Positions 9,161-18,475 of a stretch of 64,000 nt of DNA are shown here, in pieces. This DNA is from a virus: positions 1 through 64,000 of the IMG/VR virus record IMGVR_UViG_3300009151_000061. One strand, 5' to 3'. A program made the position numbers and the translations under genes. Below the pieces are notes generated by a model that had not been told where the DNA came from, searched no databases, and worked only from the letters and a program-made list of their open reading frames with translations. Every line of letters begins with the position of its first letter. Within the stretch, counting starts at the first letter, position 1.

Positions 9161-9185
9161 GTTTCATAATAAAATATATACCATT

Positions 9186-9923
9186 ATGAAACATATTCTT
9201 TCTATAAATGAGTTATACAAAAGTACTTATATTAGTGCAGCTAATAAGATTAGCAAGAGTCAGGATTCAAGAAGATCCAGACTTAAAAGACATGCTGATT
9301 TAAAGGGTATTAACGAACCTATCGATAGAGAGTTCCACTATAGATTTACCTTTGATAAGGTAAAATTCCCACCTGATTTATATTACATGGTAAATCCAAA
9401 AGGATTTAACCAAGAAGAATTAAAGAAAATGGGTCCTTTTGCACCCAATCCACCTTATTTTTTCATAACTGATTTTAAATATGACAGGGATCAAGAATTT
9501 GGTGGTCATTTTGATCCAAAAGGATGGTCAGTTGTTCTAAAAGTAAATTTCAAGTCCAATTATGGTGATGTAATAGAAACAAGTTGCCGTCTTGATCTAG
9601 ATAAAGATGGTAAGACATGTCATCCTAGACTTTTTGTAAAATATGGGGATAATGATTCGAGAGGATTTTATTTTAGTAACAGAAAAGATGCTAATATGTT
9701 TAAGAAATTCCTAATTAAAGAAGTCTTACCAGAATTAGAAAGTCAAAAGATAATAGCTATAAAGAGTGAATACTTAATAAATAATTTTAGCGAAACTACT
9801 TATAAAGATAATGGAAAAGATAAACCTGTTATTAAACTAGTAAACGGGGATCCAACAAGATGTTATATACCACTTCATTATATAAATAATATATCAATAA
9901 ACGAAATATATGAAGAAGAATAA
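9186..9923 (+). CDS. Hypothetical protein (MKHILSINE tag)
   Basis: Likely start 9186 after AATATATA. Confidence 0.65.
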   Translation: MKHILSINELYKSTYISAANKISKSQDSRRSRLKRHADLKGINEPIDREFHYRFTFDKVKFPPDLYYMVNPKGFNQEELKKMGPFAPNPPYFFITDFKYDRDQEFGGHFDPKGWSVVLKVNFKSNYGDVIETSCRLDLDKDGKTCHPRLFVKYGDNDSRGFYFSNRKDANMFKKFLIKEVLPELESQKIIAIKSEYLINNFSETTYKDNGKDKPVIKLVNGDPTRCYIPLHYINNISINEIYEEE

Positions 9924-9924
9924 T

Positions 9925-10401
9925 ATGATACATATTAAAACATTTGAAAGTTATAATAGCCGATTAGATGATATATTAGATAAGATTAATAAGTCTGGTA
10001 AATCGTCCCTAACTCAATCAGAGTTAGAGTATTTAAATGCTTATTCTACTGATGATTTTGGCAAGATGGATTATATTAACAAGATAGAAGGTCAAAGAAA
10101 TTTTAACTCTTCTGATGGTTACTTTAGATTTAAGTATGAATATACAGAGGATTATGGTGATGAAGTTTTTTACTATGGTATTTTATATGTTCCTGATTTA
10201 GAGTGGCCAAATGGTAAAAGAATAACTGGAGAGCTTGAGGGATATATAGCTGTGTATCCTAGTAAGCAAATAGCTCCGGTATTTGAAAAGGATGGATATG
10301 ATGTATTAGAATTTTGTAATGGACTAGAATATGAACTAGACTCATTTTTAGAATATGTAATAGATACTATAGAAGATGAAAAAATGGGTTCTGATATTTA
10401 A
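9925..10401 (+). CDS. Hypothetical protein with DUF6576-like helical motif
   Basis: MIHIKTFES tag, then LDDILDKINKSGKSSLTQSELEYL. Confidence 0.6.
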   Translation: MIHIKTFESYNSRLDDILDKINKSGKSSLTQSELEYLNAYSTDDFGKMDYINKIEGQRNFNSSDGYFRFKYEYTEDYGDEVFYYGILYVPDLEWPNGKRITGELEGYIAVYPSKQIAPVFEKDGYDVLEFCNGLEYELDSFLEYVIDTIEDEKMGSDI

Positions 10402-10431
10402 TATATAGAAATATAAAAATAATGATTTAAT

Positions 10432-11190
10432 ATGAAAATTAATCGTTTTGATCAATTTGTAAAGAATAGAATCAATGAAGATGTTGAAGCTATTGAGACT
10501 CCAGAAGAGTTTGAAAACGAAGAAGGTATTGAACGTACTGAAGAGATGGAAGAAGAGGATGACTCTAATCTTATCGATGAAGTAGATCAAGACTTAAATG
10601 ACGATATAGAAGATAATGAGTTTGATGAAGAACCAGAAGATGATTTTGGTTCAGAAGAAACTATGGGACAAAGACCAAGAACTGTAAAGTCTTATAATGA
10701 CTTTGAGGGAGATGACGAGTTCAATGATGAAGAAGATGAATTCCCAGGTGGCGAATGGTCTGAAGATACCGAAAATAGAGAACCAGATGAGGACTATATG
10801 TTCCATGAAGGTGGTGAAGAAGAAGAAGAGGGAGAAGAAGAATCTGGCGAATATAAAGGTGAAGTTGAAATGAAAAGACTCGCTGATATTTTAGGTACAG
10901 AAGTTGTAAACAACCAAATCGAATTCGAAGGAAAGAAAATCAACTACTATTCTGAAACTGAAAAGTTCCACGTTGGTAAGAAGAAATTTGAAACACCTGA
11001 AGAAGTTATCGATTACTTAGAATCTGGTAGTGAAGGCACTCCTATGATGGGTGAAGAAACTCCAATGCCTCATGAAGAAGAGGAAGAAATGGGTAGTGGT
11101 CACGAAGAGGAAATGCGTCATGAAGAAGAGGAAATGCCAAATGATATGGCTATGGAATCTAGAAGATTTATAAGAAGAAGATTTAAATAA
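10432..11190 (+). CDS. Highly acidic low-complexity protein (possible internal head/scaffold protein)
   Basis: E/D-rich tracts, basic C-terminus RRFIRRRFK, late motif at 10398. Confidence 0.7.
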   Translation: MKINRFDQFVKNRINEDVEAIETPEEFENEEGIERTEEMEEEDDSNLIDEVDQDLNDDIEDNEFDEEPEDDFGSEETMGQRPRTVKSYNDFEGDDEFNDEEDEFPGGEWSEDTENREPDEDYMFHEGGEEEEEGEEESGEYKGEVEMKRLADILGTEVVNNQIEFEGKKINYYSETEKFHVGKKKFETPEEVIDYLESGSEGTPMMGEETPMPHEEEEEMGSGHEEEMRHEEEEMPNDMAMESRRFIRRRFK

Positions 11191-11208
11191 TTTTTGTATA
11201 TTTGTAAT

Positions 11209-11442
11209 ATGAACATTAAAAGATTTAACGAAGATATAGATGATAACGGTGGTCGTAAGGAAATGACTATAAGAGTAAAAAACTTAATAGAATACCTTAG
11301 TCAAATTGATCCCGAAACCCCTGTTTATTTAGATAAAGATGGTTGGGATTATGATGTTACAAATGCTAAAAACGAAGTGGATGTGATAGATCAAATAGGA
11401 CTATTTGGTAGATATAAAGACTATTTATACATATTTAACTAA
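11209..11442 (+). CDS. Hypothetical protein
   Basis: ATG 4 nt after TATATTTG (11197-11204); starts MNIKRFNE. Confidence 0.65.
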   Translation: MNIKRFNEDIDDNGGRKEMTIRVKNLIEYLSQIDPETPVYLDKDGWDYDVTNAKNEVDVIDQIGLFGRYKDYLYIFN

Positions 11443-11443
11443 A

Positions 11444-11962
11444 ATGAGAAACTTAATTTCATTTAATGAATCAAAAGAAACCCTACAAGGTTTCTTTTTT
11501 GATAAGTTGGACTGGAACTTTTTAGAGGAGTTTCTATCCTATGCTACCGATTTAGAAGATTCTGGTAATAAAGTATCTATTAGATGCGTTGTTAGTGGGA
11601 GTATTGGTAAATCATTTAAACATAGTAGGTATATTGTTATTTGGTCATATTCAACACAAGACCATCTCGTAAATGATATAAGACAAGAAGGAGAGTTCAA
11701 TCCCCATATTGACGAAACAAGTCTATTAAACTGGACTAAAAAGTCTTATAATGATTTTGGATTATATTATTTAATATTCACAGAGCCAAAGGGTCGTAAG
11801 GAATATCATGAGGGTGAATCCGATGAAGAATACTTATTAGCTAGAAATAAAGAAGAAAAATTAATACTTAATATTCTCAATAAGTTAAAGTCTAAATATA
11901 AAATACAACATTTACCCAAAATAACTGATGAAGAACTTATAAAAGTAAAACCTCTCATTTGA
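11444..11962 (+). CDS. Hypothetical protein (MRNLISFNES tag)
   Basis: ATG 11444 directly after upstream stop. Confidence 0.65.
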   Translation: MRNLISFNESKETLQGFFFDKLDWNFLEEFLSYATDLEDSGNKVSIRCVVSGSIGKSFKHSRYIVIWSYSTQDHLVNDIRQEGEFNPHIDETSLLNWTKKSYNDFGLYYLIFTEPKGRKEYHEGESDEEYLLARNKEEKLILNILNKLKSKYKIQHLPKITDEELIKVKPLI

Positions 11963-11972
11963 GAGGTTTTTT
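11947..11972. terminator. Bidirectional intrinsic terminator
   Basis: AAAACCTCTC-ATTT-GAGAGGTTTTTT between convergent genes. Confidence 0.8.
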
Positions 11973-11975
11973 ACT

Positions 11976-12326
11976 TTAGTCAAGTGGTGGTTCTTCATCA
12001 GTTGGTGGTTTACTAGGAGGATTTTGAGCTGGTGGATTTTGAGCTGCAGCTGCAACAATAGTTGGTGTAGAATCATCTGAGTTTTTAGATGACATAACCT
12101 TTTTTAACCCCATTAAAGAAGCACCAATCAGAACAAATGTTATAGATTGTGTTATGATGTCAATGGATTTACTAATCCACATCTTATCAATACAACCTAA
12201 AAGAAAACATAATGTACCTACCATACATATAATAATCCCAGTAAACGATGTACCTGACGTTTTTCCATTTTGGTCACTGAATAACTCAGCCCAAGAGAAT
12301 TCTCCATGATTAGAAATCTTTTCCAT
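11976..12326 (-). CDS. Two-TM membrane protein, possible holin
   Basis: FSDQNGKTSG followed by two hydrophobic helices and a Pro-rich tail; late motif at 12347. Confidence 0.5.
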   Translation of the reverse strand: MEKISNHGEFSWAELFSDQNGKTSGTSFTGIIICMVGTLCFLLGCIDKMWISKSIDIITQSITFVLIGASLMGLKKVMSSKNSDDSTPTIVAAAAQNPPAQNPPSKPPTDEEPPLD

Positions 12327-12396
12327 AAACAAAACTTATTTTTATTTATATATTAAGTATGAAAATAGAAAAAGGGAAAGAAAAATATATACTTTA

Positions 12397-12870
12397 ATGA
12401 GAGATTTAAGAATACTAAAGTCCCTACAAAAATCTAGACACGAACATTTTTTATCAGTTGATTTCGAATTTTATAAAAGATGGAAATACATTATCAAATT
12501 AATCTTATTTTTTAATAAGAAATATATTCCTTGTGAGATTTTTCGTAGAAAATATAAATACCAAAGAAACTTTGTAGTCGTTGGACTAAAATACTCTGGT
12601 AAAAATGTAAAACGCAGAACGTCCGGTTTTGCAAAAGAGTTCGTACAAAATCACGACAACCCAAAGTGTATCTATTGTGAGTCAAAACTCAATATGGAGA
12701 ACGCAACCTCAGACCACATCGTACCTATATCCTCCGGTGGAAATAATTGCCAAGTAAATATAATTGTTTGTTGTAAAGCTTGTAATAATGAAAGAGGGAA
12801 CATGGAGTTTAATGAGTATCTCAAAAGAAAGAATCCAAAATATAAAGACGTAAAATATCCATTTATATGA
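12397..12870 (+). CDS. HNH endonuclease
   Basis: CIYC...ATSDHIVPISSGG...NIIVCCKACNNERG. Confidence 0.85.
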   Translation: MRDLRILKSLQKSRHEHFLSVDFEFYKRWKYIIKLILFFNKKYIPCEIFRRKYKYQRNFVVVGLKYSGKNVKRRTSGFAKEFVQNHDNPKCIYCESKLNMENATSDHIVPISSGGNNCQVNIIVCCKACNNERGNMEFNEYLKRKNPKYKDVKYPFI

Positions 12871-13232
12871 TTTACTATGACCAAAAAATTGATAAGACAT
12901 TTGATATCATTTCATATACATTTACTAATCAGTCCCGGATTGAACTTACTGTTACCTTTCATGATTCTGACTCAAGATACTTAGATGAATGGTTTCGTGA
13001 TATTTACAACAGCGATGGATCATGGATTAAACCATCTGAATATAAAAGAGAACTGTATATAATTGATAAAATTGATATCCATCTAATAGGGTGTTTTATA
13101 ACAAACATAAGTTATAAACCTAATAGTACATGTGTTGTAAATATAAGTTCAGACTATTATAATAGTGGGATTGATTTATCCTCCGTTAGACATATACACA
13201 GAGACAAAAAAATAGACCAAATCTTAAACTGA
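12867..13232 (+). CDS. Hypothetical protein, weak tail-tube (gp19)-like pattern, with C-terminal RDKKIDQIL
   Basis: LTVTFHD...EWFRDIYN...PSEYKRE...LIGCFITNI...SDYY. Confidence 0.55.
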   Translation: MIYYDQKIDKTFDIISYTFTNQSRIELTVTFHDSDSRYLDEWFRDIYNSDGSWIKPSEYKRELYIIDKIDIHLIGCFITNISYKPNSTCVVNISSDYYNSGIDLSSVRHIHRDKKIDQILN

Positions 13233-14393
13233 TTTGGTCTTCTCTTTCCATTTTCTTTTTTCCTTTTTAGGAATCCATCTTATATCCATTATATCCTTAG
13301 TAAAGAAATCTTGTAGTCCTAGCTTCTTATACGGATTACTTACCAACTCTGATAGTTTGTTTAAATCTTTAACTTTACTGATTCTATATAGTAACCTATG
13401 TGGATCATCTGATTTTTTCTTATCAACTATGTCTTGAAATAGTTTCTTCCAAAGAAATACTGGATATCCTATTTTAAGTTTCTCCTCAGCCTTATCGAAA
13501 CCAGCTTGGTCATTATCATAGAAATATTGAAGCTCAAGATTATTAGATTCTAAGAACCTCATGTCTGTATTAACACCGACAACACCTATGCTGTTTGGAT
13601 AGAATAAGGAATCTAAATACCCTTCAAATATAGTTATTGTACTTCCAAAATCAACATTTAGAATGTTAAAATAGTAACTTAGCTTATTATAAATAACTAA
13701 CTGGTTTAAATCTATATCTGTTATTTCCTCTACGTCATGAATCCATTTGTATAAGGTTTCATAGTTATAGATTTTGAATAAACGTCGCTTCCCATCCTTT
13801 AGGTTTCTGATTTGTATCCCTAATACTTTAGAACCTCTACGGTTCAATAATATCATAATAGGTTCCCATCTATCAGCATTCATCCAGTATTTACCCTCAT
13901 ATATGTTTGTATGTAAATCAGATGTTATACCACGACCAACTAGATATTGAAAAATAGTTCCACCTTTAGTAATAGGTTTAAAGTCAGTTATAATTTGTTC
14001 ACTGTTATTGAATATCCTTTCTAAGTCATTAAAATCAATGAGTTTGTCAAACTCATGATCTAGGAAGTCATCCTCAGCATCTTTATATGATATAGTATAG
14101 TTAAGGTGGTCTATGAGTTCCATTTTCTTTCCGGGATCCATTCTTACGTTGAAATCCTTTAGTAGTTTGTCTAGATTGGTCTTTTTACCACAGTTAAAAC
14201 AAACAAAGATCATTTTATTCCACCATATATTTCCACGTTTAGCATTTCTGGTTCGGGAGCTATCACCACAGTATGGACAAGCGAACTGGACACGGTCTGT
14301 ATACTCATTGATCCTACGCTTTTCAGATTCCTTAAAATTTGAATCCAATACAGATTGGATTAATCCCTTTAAATAAACTTTGTCCATAGTCAT
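13224..14393 (-). CDS. DNA primase (T4 gp61-like)
   Basis: FACPYCGDS...CFNCG zinc ribbon; TOPRIM IFEGYLDSLF and YFYDND.AG. Confidence 0.9.
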   Translation of the reverse strand: MTMDKVYLKGLIQSVLDSNFKESEKRRINEYTDRVQFACPYCGDSSRTRNAKRGNIWWNKMIFVCFNCGKKTNLDKLLKDFNVRMDPGKKMELIDHLNYTISYKDAEDDFLDHEFDKLIDFNDLERIFNNSEQIITDFKPITKGGTIFQYLVGRGITSDLHTNIYEGKYWMNADRWEPIMILLNRRGSKVLGIQIRNLKDGKRRLFKIYNYETLYKWIHDVEEITDIDLNQLVIYNKLSYYFNILNVDFGSTITIFEGYLDSLFYPNSIGVVGVNTDMRFLESNNLELQYFYDNDQAGFDKAEEKLKIGYPVFLWKKLFQDIVDKKKSDDPHRLLYRISKVKDLNKLSELVSNPYKKLGLQDFFTKDIMDIRWIPKKEKRKWKEKTKSV

Positions 14394-14435
14394 GATATAT
14401 TTTTTGATGTTAAAGTTTTTTTTTATATTTGTGAT

Positions 14436-14741
14436 ATGGAAAAGATCAAAGCCAAGCTAATAAAAAGAAAAGATATACGAGACGATATTAAAAAATCCTT
14501 TTTACAAGCATACTCTGAAGAAGGTCATGTCAGTGTGGGATATTTCACGGAATGGCCGGAACTTGGATCGAGTTTTCGATTTCATGAGTATTCGGATGAA
14601 CTAAATGAATATTTTTCACTTGTTACAACATTCGTAGTTGAAATGGTCGACCATCGAACATTTAAAACCAAAAATAGCATCTATGAACTTCTAACAATAG
14701 TAGATGAAAGGGATGATAAAATTGATAACTTATTAAAATAA
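14436..14741 (+). CDS. Hypothetical protein with C-terminal RDDKIDNLL
   Basis: ATG 4 nt after TATATTTG (14424-14431). Confidence 0.7.
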   Translation: MEKIKAKLIKRKDIRDDIKKSFLQAYSEEGHVSVGYFTEWPELGSSFRFHEYSDELNEYFSLVTTFVVEMVDHRTFKTKNSIYELLTIVDERDDKIDNLLK

Positions 14742-14744
14742 TAT

Positions 14745-15218
14745 ATGAATAAAAAATCTTTAGAACTATTGAACATGATTCTAACATCTATTAAATCAGA
14801 TGAGAAGGTTAGACATAAGTGGAATACTAGACAAACATATATAAATGAAAACAGAGATTATATATCCGACAAAGTGGATTATTATGATATTACCTTAAAT
14901 AATAAGGAAATGATATATGTATATGAGATACGTATATCACGAGTACCTAGGATTTTCTTTGATAGATATATCACCCAAATAAACTTAACAAGTGCTACTG
15001 ATAGGTATGCTAGTGCAAACAATATGTTTTTTGACTCAAAAACAGCATTCTATACAAGAAGTATACAAAAACGTATATTCAAATTACTCTTGGATAGGGA
15101 AAAAGAATCCTTGCTTAAAAAAGAAGACGAAAAATTCGACATCTTAATCAAAGATGTCCAGAAATCAGTTAATAAGGTTAATCTAAGAGACGACAAAATA
15201 GATGAAGTTTTAAAATAA
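14745..15218 (+). CDS. Hypothetical protein with C-terminal RDDKIDEVL
   Basis: 157 aa ORF followed by terminator. Confidence 0.7.
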   Translation: MNKKSLELLNMILTSIKSDEKVRHKWNTRQTYINENRDYISDKVDYYDITLNNKEMIYVYEIRISRVPRIFFDRYITQINLTSATDRYASANNMFFDSKTAFYTRSIQKRIFKLLLDREKESLLKKEDEKFDILIKDVQKSVNKVNLRDDKIDEVLK

Positions 15219-15246
15219 AAAAGAGAGTCGAAATGACTCTCTTTTT
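15217..15246. terminator. Bidirectional intrinsic terminator
   Basis: AAAAAAGAGAGTC-GAAAT-GACTCTCTTTTT. Confidence 0.85.
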
Positions 15247-15247
15247 A

Positions 15248-15637
15248 TTATTTGAAACCTCTAAGGGTTTTTGCTAAGTTTAATCTTTTATATTTCTTAG
15301 CATCAGAACCTCCAAGTTGTACACCTGGCTTTTCTTTATCCTTATCTTTCTTTCTTAACTTAGAAAGTTCAGAGTTGATCTCAGTACTTGAGATTTTCTC
15401 ACCCTTCTTTTTCTTCATGCTTCTGCGTAAAGAACCCGGACTCTTGATAGCATCCTGAATCCACTTAGATTCAGTAACACCTTCTTCATGTCCTTCAGCT
15501 TCCCAGCACATTTTTTGAAGTTCTTCTTCGTGTATATCTTCAAGTTCATGTCTTTCCCAACCACAGTTACAAAGCTTACCAATCATTTCTTCTCTATTTG
15601 AAGATTCATATGATTCAAATGTTTTTAAGTGTTTCAT
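15248..15637 (-). CDS. Hypothetical protein (MKHLKTFES tag; basic WIQDAIKSPGSL...RLNLAKTL domain)
   Basis: 129 aa ORF. Confidence 0.7.
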   Translation of the reverse strand: MKHLKTFESYESSNREEMIGKLCNCGWERHELEDIHEEELQKMCWEAEGHEEGVTESKWIQDAIKSPGSLRRSMKKKKGEKISSTEINSELSKLRKKDKDKEKPGVQLGGSDAKKYKRLNLAKTLRGFK

Positions 15638-15639
15638 AG

Positions 15640-16728
15640 TTATTTCTTTCTTTTGTATGCAAACTCTTTATACAAGTCTTCGTCTTGCTTAGTTTGGTTC
15701 TTCATTTGATTATGATAATCATCTTTAGGAGCATCCTTGGTATTTGGGTAATGCCACTGTGTATCATTATTCCACTTTGTGAAAGGCATTACTGAACCCT
15801 CCATACCCCATGGTTGAACAGATGTCTCATTCATACCTGTACTGAATCTACTTCTTTCACCACCCGGCTTAGAACGGTCAGTTGTTTTGTAGATATTGAA
15901 CTTTGTCTCGTGTTCGAAGCTATTAGTAAGTGCGGATTTCTCTTTGAAAGACTTCTTAACATGATCAACATTCTTTGGATCGTCATCTGAGAATCCGATA
16001 GATACACTCTTAGCACCAATCTTTTCACCAAAATGGTTACACTTTTCAATGAACTTATCAAGAGCCATTTCCTTAGCAACTTCTGGATTTTCTGTAGATC
16101 CCTGACCAAATTCATTTTTGAATGAGTCAGATGAAACTCCATAGAAATCACAGTTGTCTAAATAAACTTGAATAAGAGGTGAATCAGTTAGTTTATCTTT
16201 GGCTATTCTTGAAAATTGGTCTACATCACCTGGAGAGAATAAGTAAGCATTTTTAAGACAATGACTATACAAACTGAATTTTTGATCCTCAGTTAGTATA
16301 TTATTAATAATATACTCAACCGCACTTCTTATTGTTTCTGGTTCGTGTCCTCTTGCAGTTACTATCGCAAAAATAGCACCCTCACTTAAACATTTAATAA
16401 ACGCTTCCCAAGCTGGAGCAAATCTTCCTTGATTTACAGCATCCATTGTATCTTCAAGGAATGCTTTTTTACCTCTTGGTCCAAAGTCTCTGAACTCACA
16501 AAAGGCTTCCCCCGGATCATTATTCCTTAATCTATAATTTTGCTTATCATTTCTAACAGTAGCAAACTCAGCAGTTGATACGTCAATAGGCAACCATCCA
16601 TCACCGACCTTTTGATCCATGTGAATAACTGTTGACATGTGTAGGATATTATCATCCCAGTCAAAAGCGTAATAATGTAGTTCAATGTTAGCTGACTCCT
16701 TGATGTAGTCACCAAATTTTCTAATCAT
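15640..16728 (-). CDS. HAD-superfamily protein
   Basis: Motif I YAFDWDDN, motif II IVTARGH, motif III K, motif IV GFSDDD..N; likely start MIRKFGDYIKES. Confidence 0.7.
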   Translation of the reverse strand: MIRKFGDYIKESANIELHYYAFDWDDNILHMSTVIHMDQKVGDGWLPIDVSTAEFATVRNDKQNYRLRNNDPGEAFCEFRDFGPRGKKAFLEDTMDAVNQGRFAPAWEAFIKCLSEGAIFAIVTARGHEPETIRSAVEYIINNILTEDQKFSLYSHCLKNAYLFSPGDVDQFSRIAKDKLTDSPLIQVYLDNCDFYGVSSDSFKNEFGQGSTENPEVAKEMALDKFIEKCNHFGEKIGAKSVSIGFSDDDPKNVDHVKKSFKEKSALTNSFEHETKFNIYKTTDRSKPGGERSRFSTGMNETSVQPWGMEGSVMPFTKWNNDTQWHYPNTKDAPKDDYHNQMKNQTKQDEDLYKEFAYKRKK

Positions 16729-16729
16729 A

Positions 16730-17119
16730 TTATCTTCTTGAACGTTTTGGAGCAACTTTTCTAGATTCGTTAACTCTTTTTACTTTCTTATTCTTGTTAA
16801 AATAAGCAGAGAATGATTCTAAAGTACCTTCTTCAGCTGGAGCTTCTTCTTCCTCTTCCTCTTCTTCACCCATTTCTTCCTCTTCACCTGCTTCTTCTTC
16901 ACCCATTTCTTCTTCGTCGCCTAAGTCGGTTTCTTCTTCACCAAAAGCTTCCATGTCTTCACCATCTTCTTCAGATTCGTGACCTGGGTGATCTTCACCA
17001 CCTTCTAATTCAAACTCTTCTACGACTTCGCCGTCTTTAGAAGCGCTTACTACTAGAAGACCTTCTTCTCTTTCTTCTATTGTTATCTCGTAACCGTGCA
17101 TTTCAATAGTTGTTTTCAT
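16730..17119 (-). CDS. Acidic low-complexity protein
   Basis: Poly-Glu GEEE repeats, basic tail; late motif at 17141. Confidence 0.7.
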   Translation of the reverse strand: MKTTIEMHGYEITIEEREEGLLVVSASKDGEVVEEFELEGGEDHPGHESEEDGEDMEAFGEEETDLGDEEEMGEEEAGEEEEMGEEEEEEEEAPAEEGTLESFSAYFNKNKKVKRVNESRKVAPKRSRR

Positions 17120-17214
17120 ATTTAAATACTTTTTTATTTTTATATATTAAAATCAGATTCTCATTTTTAGAACTTTTCAATGATTATTAACTAAAAAATA
17201 AAAAACTAAATTTT

Positions 17215-17871
17215 ATGCAAGATTTTAGAAAATATGCCACCAAACATAGAGGCATTAGTAGTACTTATTTTGATTCATACCAAAAGAAAGCACTAACACA
17301 ACACATATTAGAAGACGCTGGAGAAGGAATAATGGTTGATATCTTTTCTAAACTTATAGAAAGCAGAATCATATTCCTTTCAACAGAAATGGAATCTGAC
17401 GTATGTAACATTATAAAAGCTCAACTATTATATCTTGAACAGATGGATTCTGAAGAAGACATTAAGATATACATTGATAGTCCCGGTGGATCTGTTTATA
17501 GTGGATTAGGATTACTTGATACTATGGATTATGTTAAACCAGACATTGCTACAATCAATACTGGACTAGCTGCTTCAATGGGTGCTGTAATCCTTTGTTC
17601 TGGTGCTAAAGGTAAGAGAAAGTCCCTTAAAAGGTCAAGAACAATGATTCACCAGCCACTATCGGCTAGTTATGGATACTCACAAGCATCCGATATGGAG
17701 ATAGAAGCAAGAGAGGTAAACTCACTTAAAAAAGAACTTTATGAAATTATATCAGAAAGGACTAACCAAAGTTATGATAGAGTAGAGAAGGACTCTGATA
17801 GAGACTATTGGATGACTGCTGAGGAAGCGAAGGCTTATGGTATGATTGACGAGATTATAAAGAAAAAATAA
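17215..17871 (+). CDS. clpP: ATP-dependent Clp protease proteolytic subunit
   Basis: DIFSKLIESRIIFL, YIDSPGGSV, GLAASMG (Ser), MIHQP (His), DRDYWMTAEEAKAYGMID. Confidence 0.95.
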   Translation: MQDFRKYATKHRGISSTYFDSYQKKALTQHILEDAGEGIMVDIFSKLIESRIIFLSTEMESDVCNIIKAQLLYLEQMDSEEDIKIYIDSPGGSVYSGLGLLDTMDYVKPDIATINTGLAASMGAVILCSGAKGKRKSLKRSRTMIHQPLSASYGYSQASDMEIEAREVNSLKKELYEIISERTNQSYDRVEKDSDRDYWMTAEEAKAYGMIDEIIKKK

Positions 17872-17895
17872 CCACTCTAAGAGTGGTTATTTTTT
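17863..17895. terminator. Bidirectional intrinsic terminator
   Basis: AAAAAATAACCACTC-TAA-GAGTGGTTATTTTTT. Confidence 0.85.
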
Positions 17896-18388
17896 ATTGT
17901 TGTGATTTGTTATTATTTGACTTATTCTTTGGTTTCTTTCTGTTAGACTTTATATCCTTAACAGTTTCTTCAACCTTCTTAACTTCATTCTTAACTTCGT
18001 TAGTCTTAGCTTTAACCTTAGTCTCAACCTTCTTAACTTCATTCTTAACTTCGTTAGATTTGTTTTTAACCTTCTTAACTTCATTCTTAACCTTAGCTCT
18101 AACTTCCTCAACCTTAGTTTCAACTTGTTTAACTTCAGCTTTAACTTCTTCAACCTTAGTTTCAACTTGTTTAACTTCTTCTTCAACCTTAGTTTCAACG
18201 ATTTCTTCAACAGGTTTAACCTCTTCAATGATCTCTTCAACGCTATCTACGATAGAATCAATCTTATCCTCAACAACTTCAGCAAAGTCTTCAACTTTCT
18301 CTTCAATGTTTTGAGCAATTTCCTTAATTTTATTTTTTGGATTTATTTTTGATAACAACCAATTCCACATTTTTTTAAAATTTACCAT
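17894..18388 (-). CDS. V/E/K-rich helical repeat protein
   Basis: Repeats VETKVEEVK and NEVKNEVKKV; N-terminal amphipathic FKKMWNWLL. Confidence 0.7.
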   Translation of the reverse strand: MVNFKKMWNWLLSKINPKNKIKEIAQNIEEKVEDFAEVVEDKIDSIVDSVEEIIEEVKPVEEIVETKVEEEVKQVETKVEEVKAEVKQVETKVEEVRAKVKNEVKKVKNKSNEVKNEVKKVETKVKAKTNEVKNEVKKVEETVKDIKSNRKKPKNKSNNNKSQQ

Positions 18389-18475
18389 AGTTTCAATTTT
18401 TTTATATATATATATATTCTAACACATGATGTCCCTTTATAAAAACTTGGACATAGTAAAATAATATAATATGTA

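Noticed and set aside
17883-18352. Overlapping ORFs 17883+, 17950- and 18125+
   Set aside because: Alternative-frame shadows of a low-complexity repeat gene.
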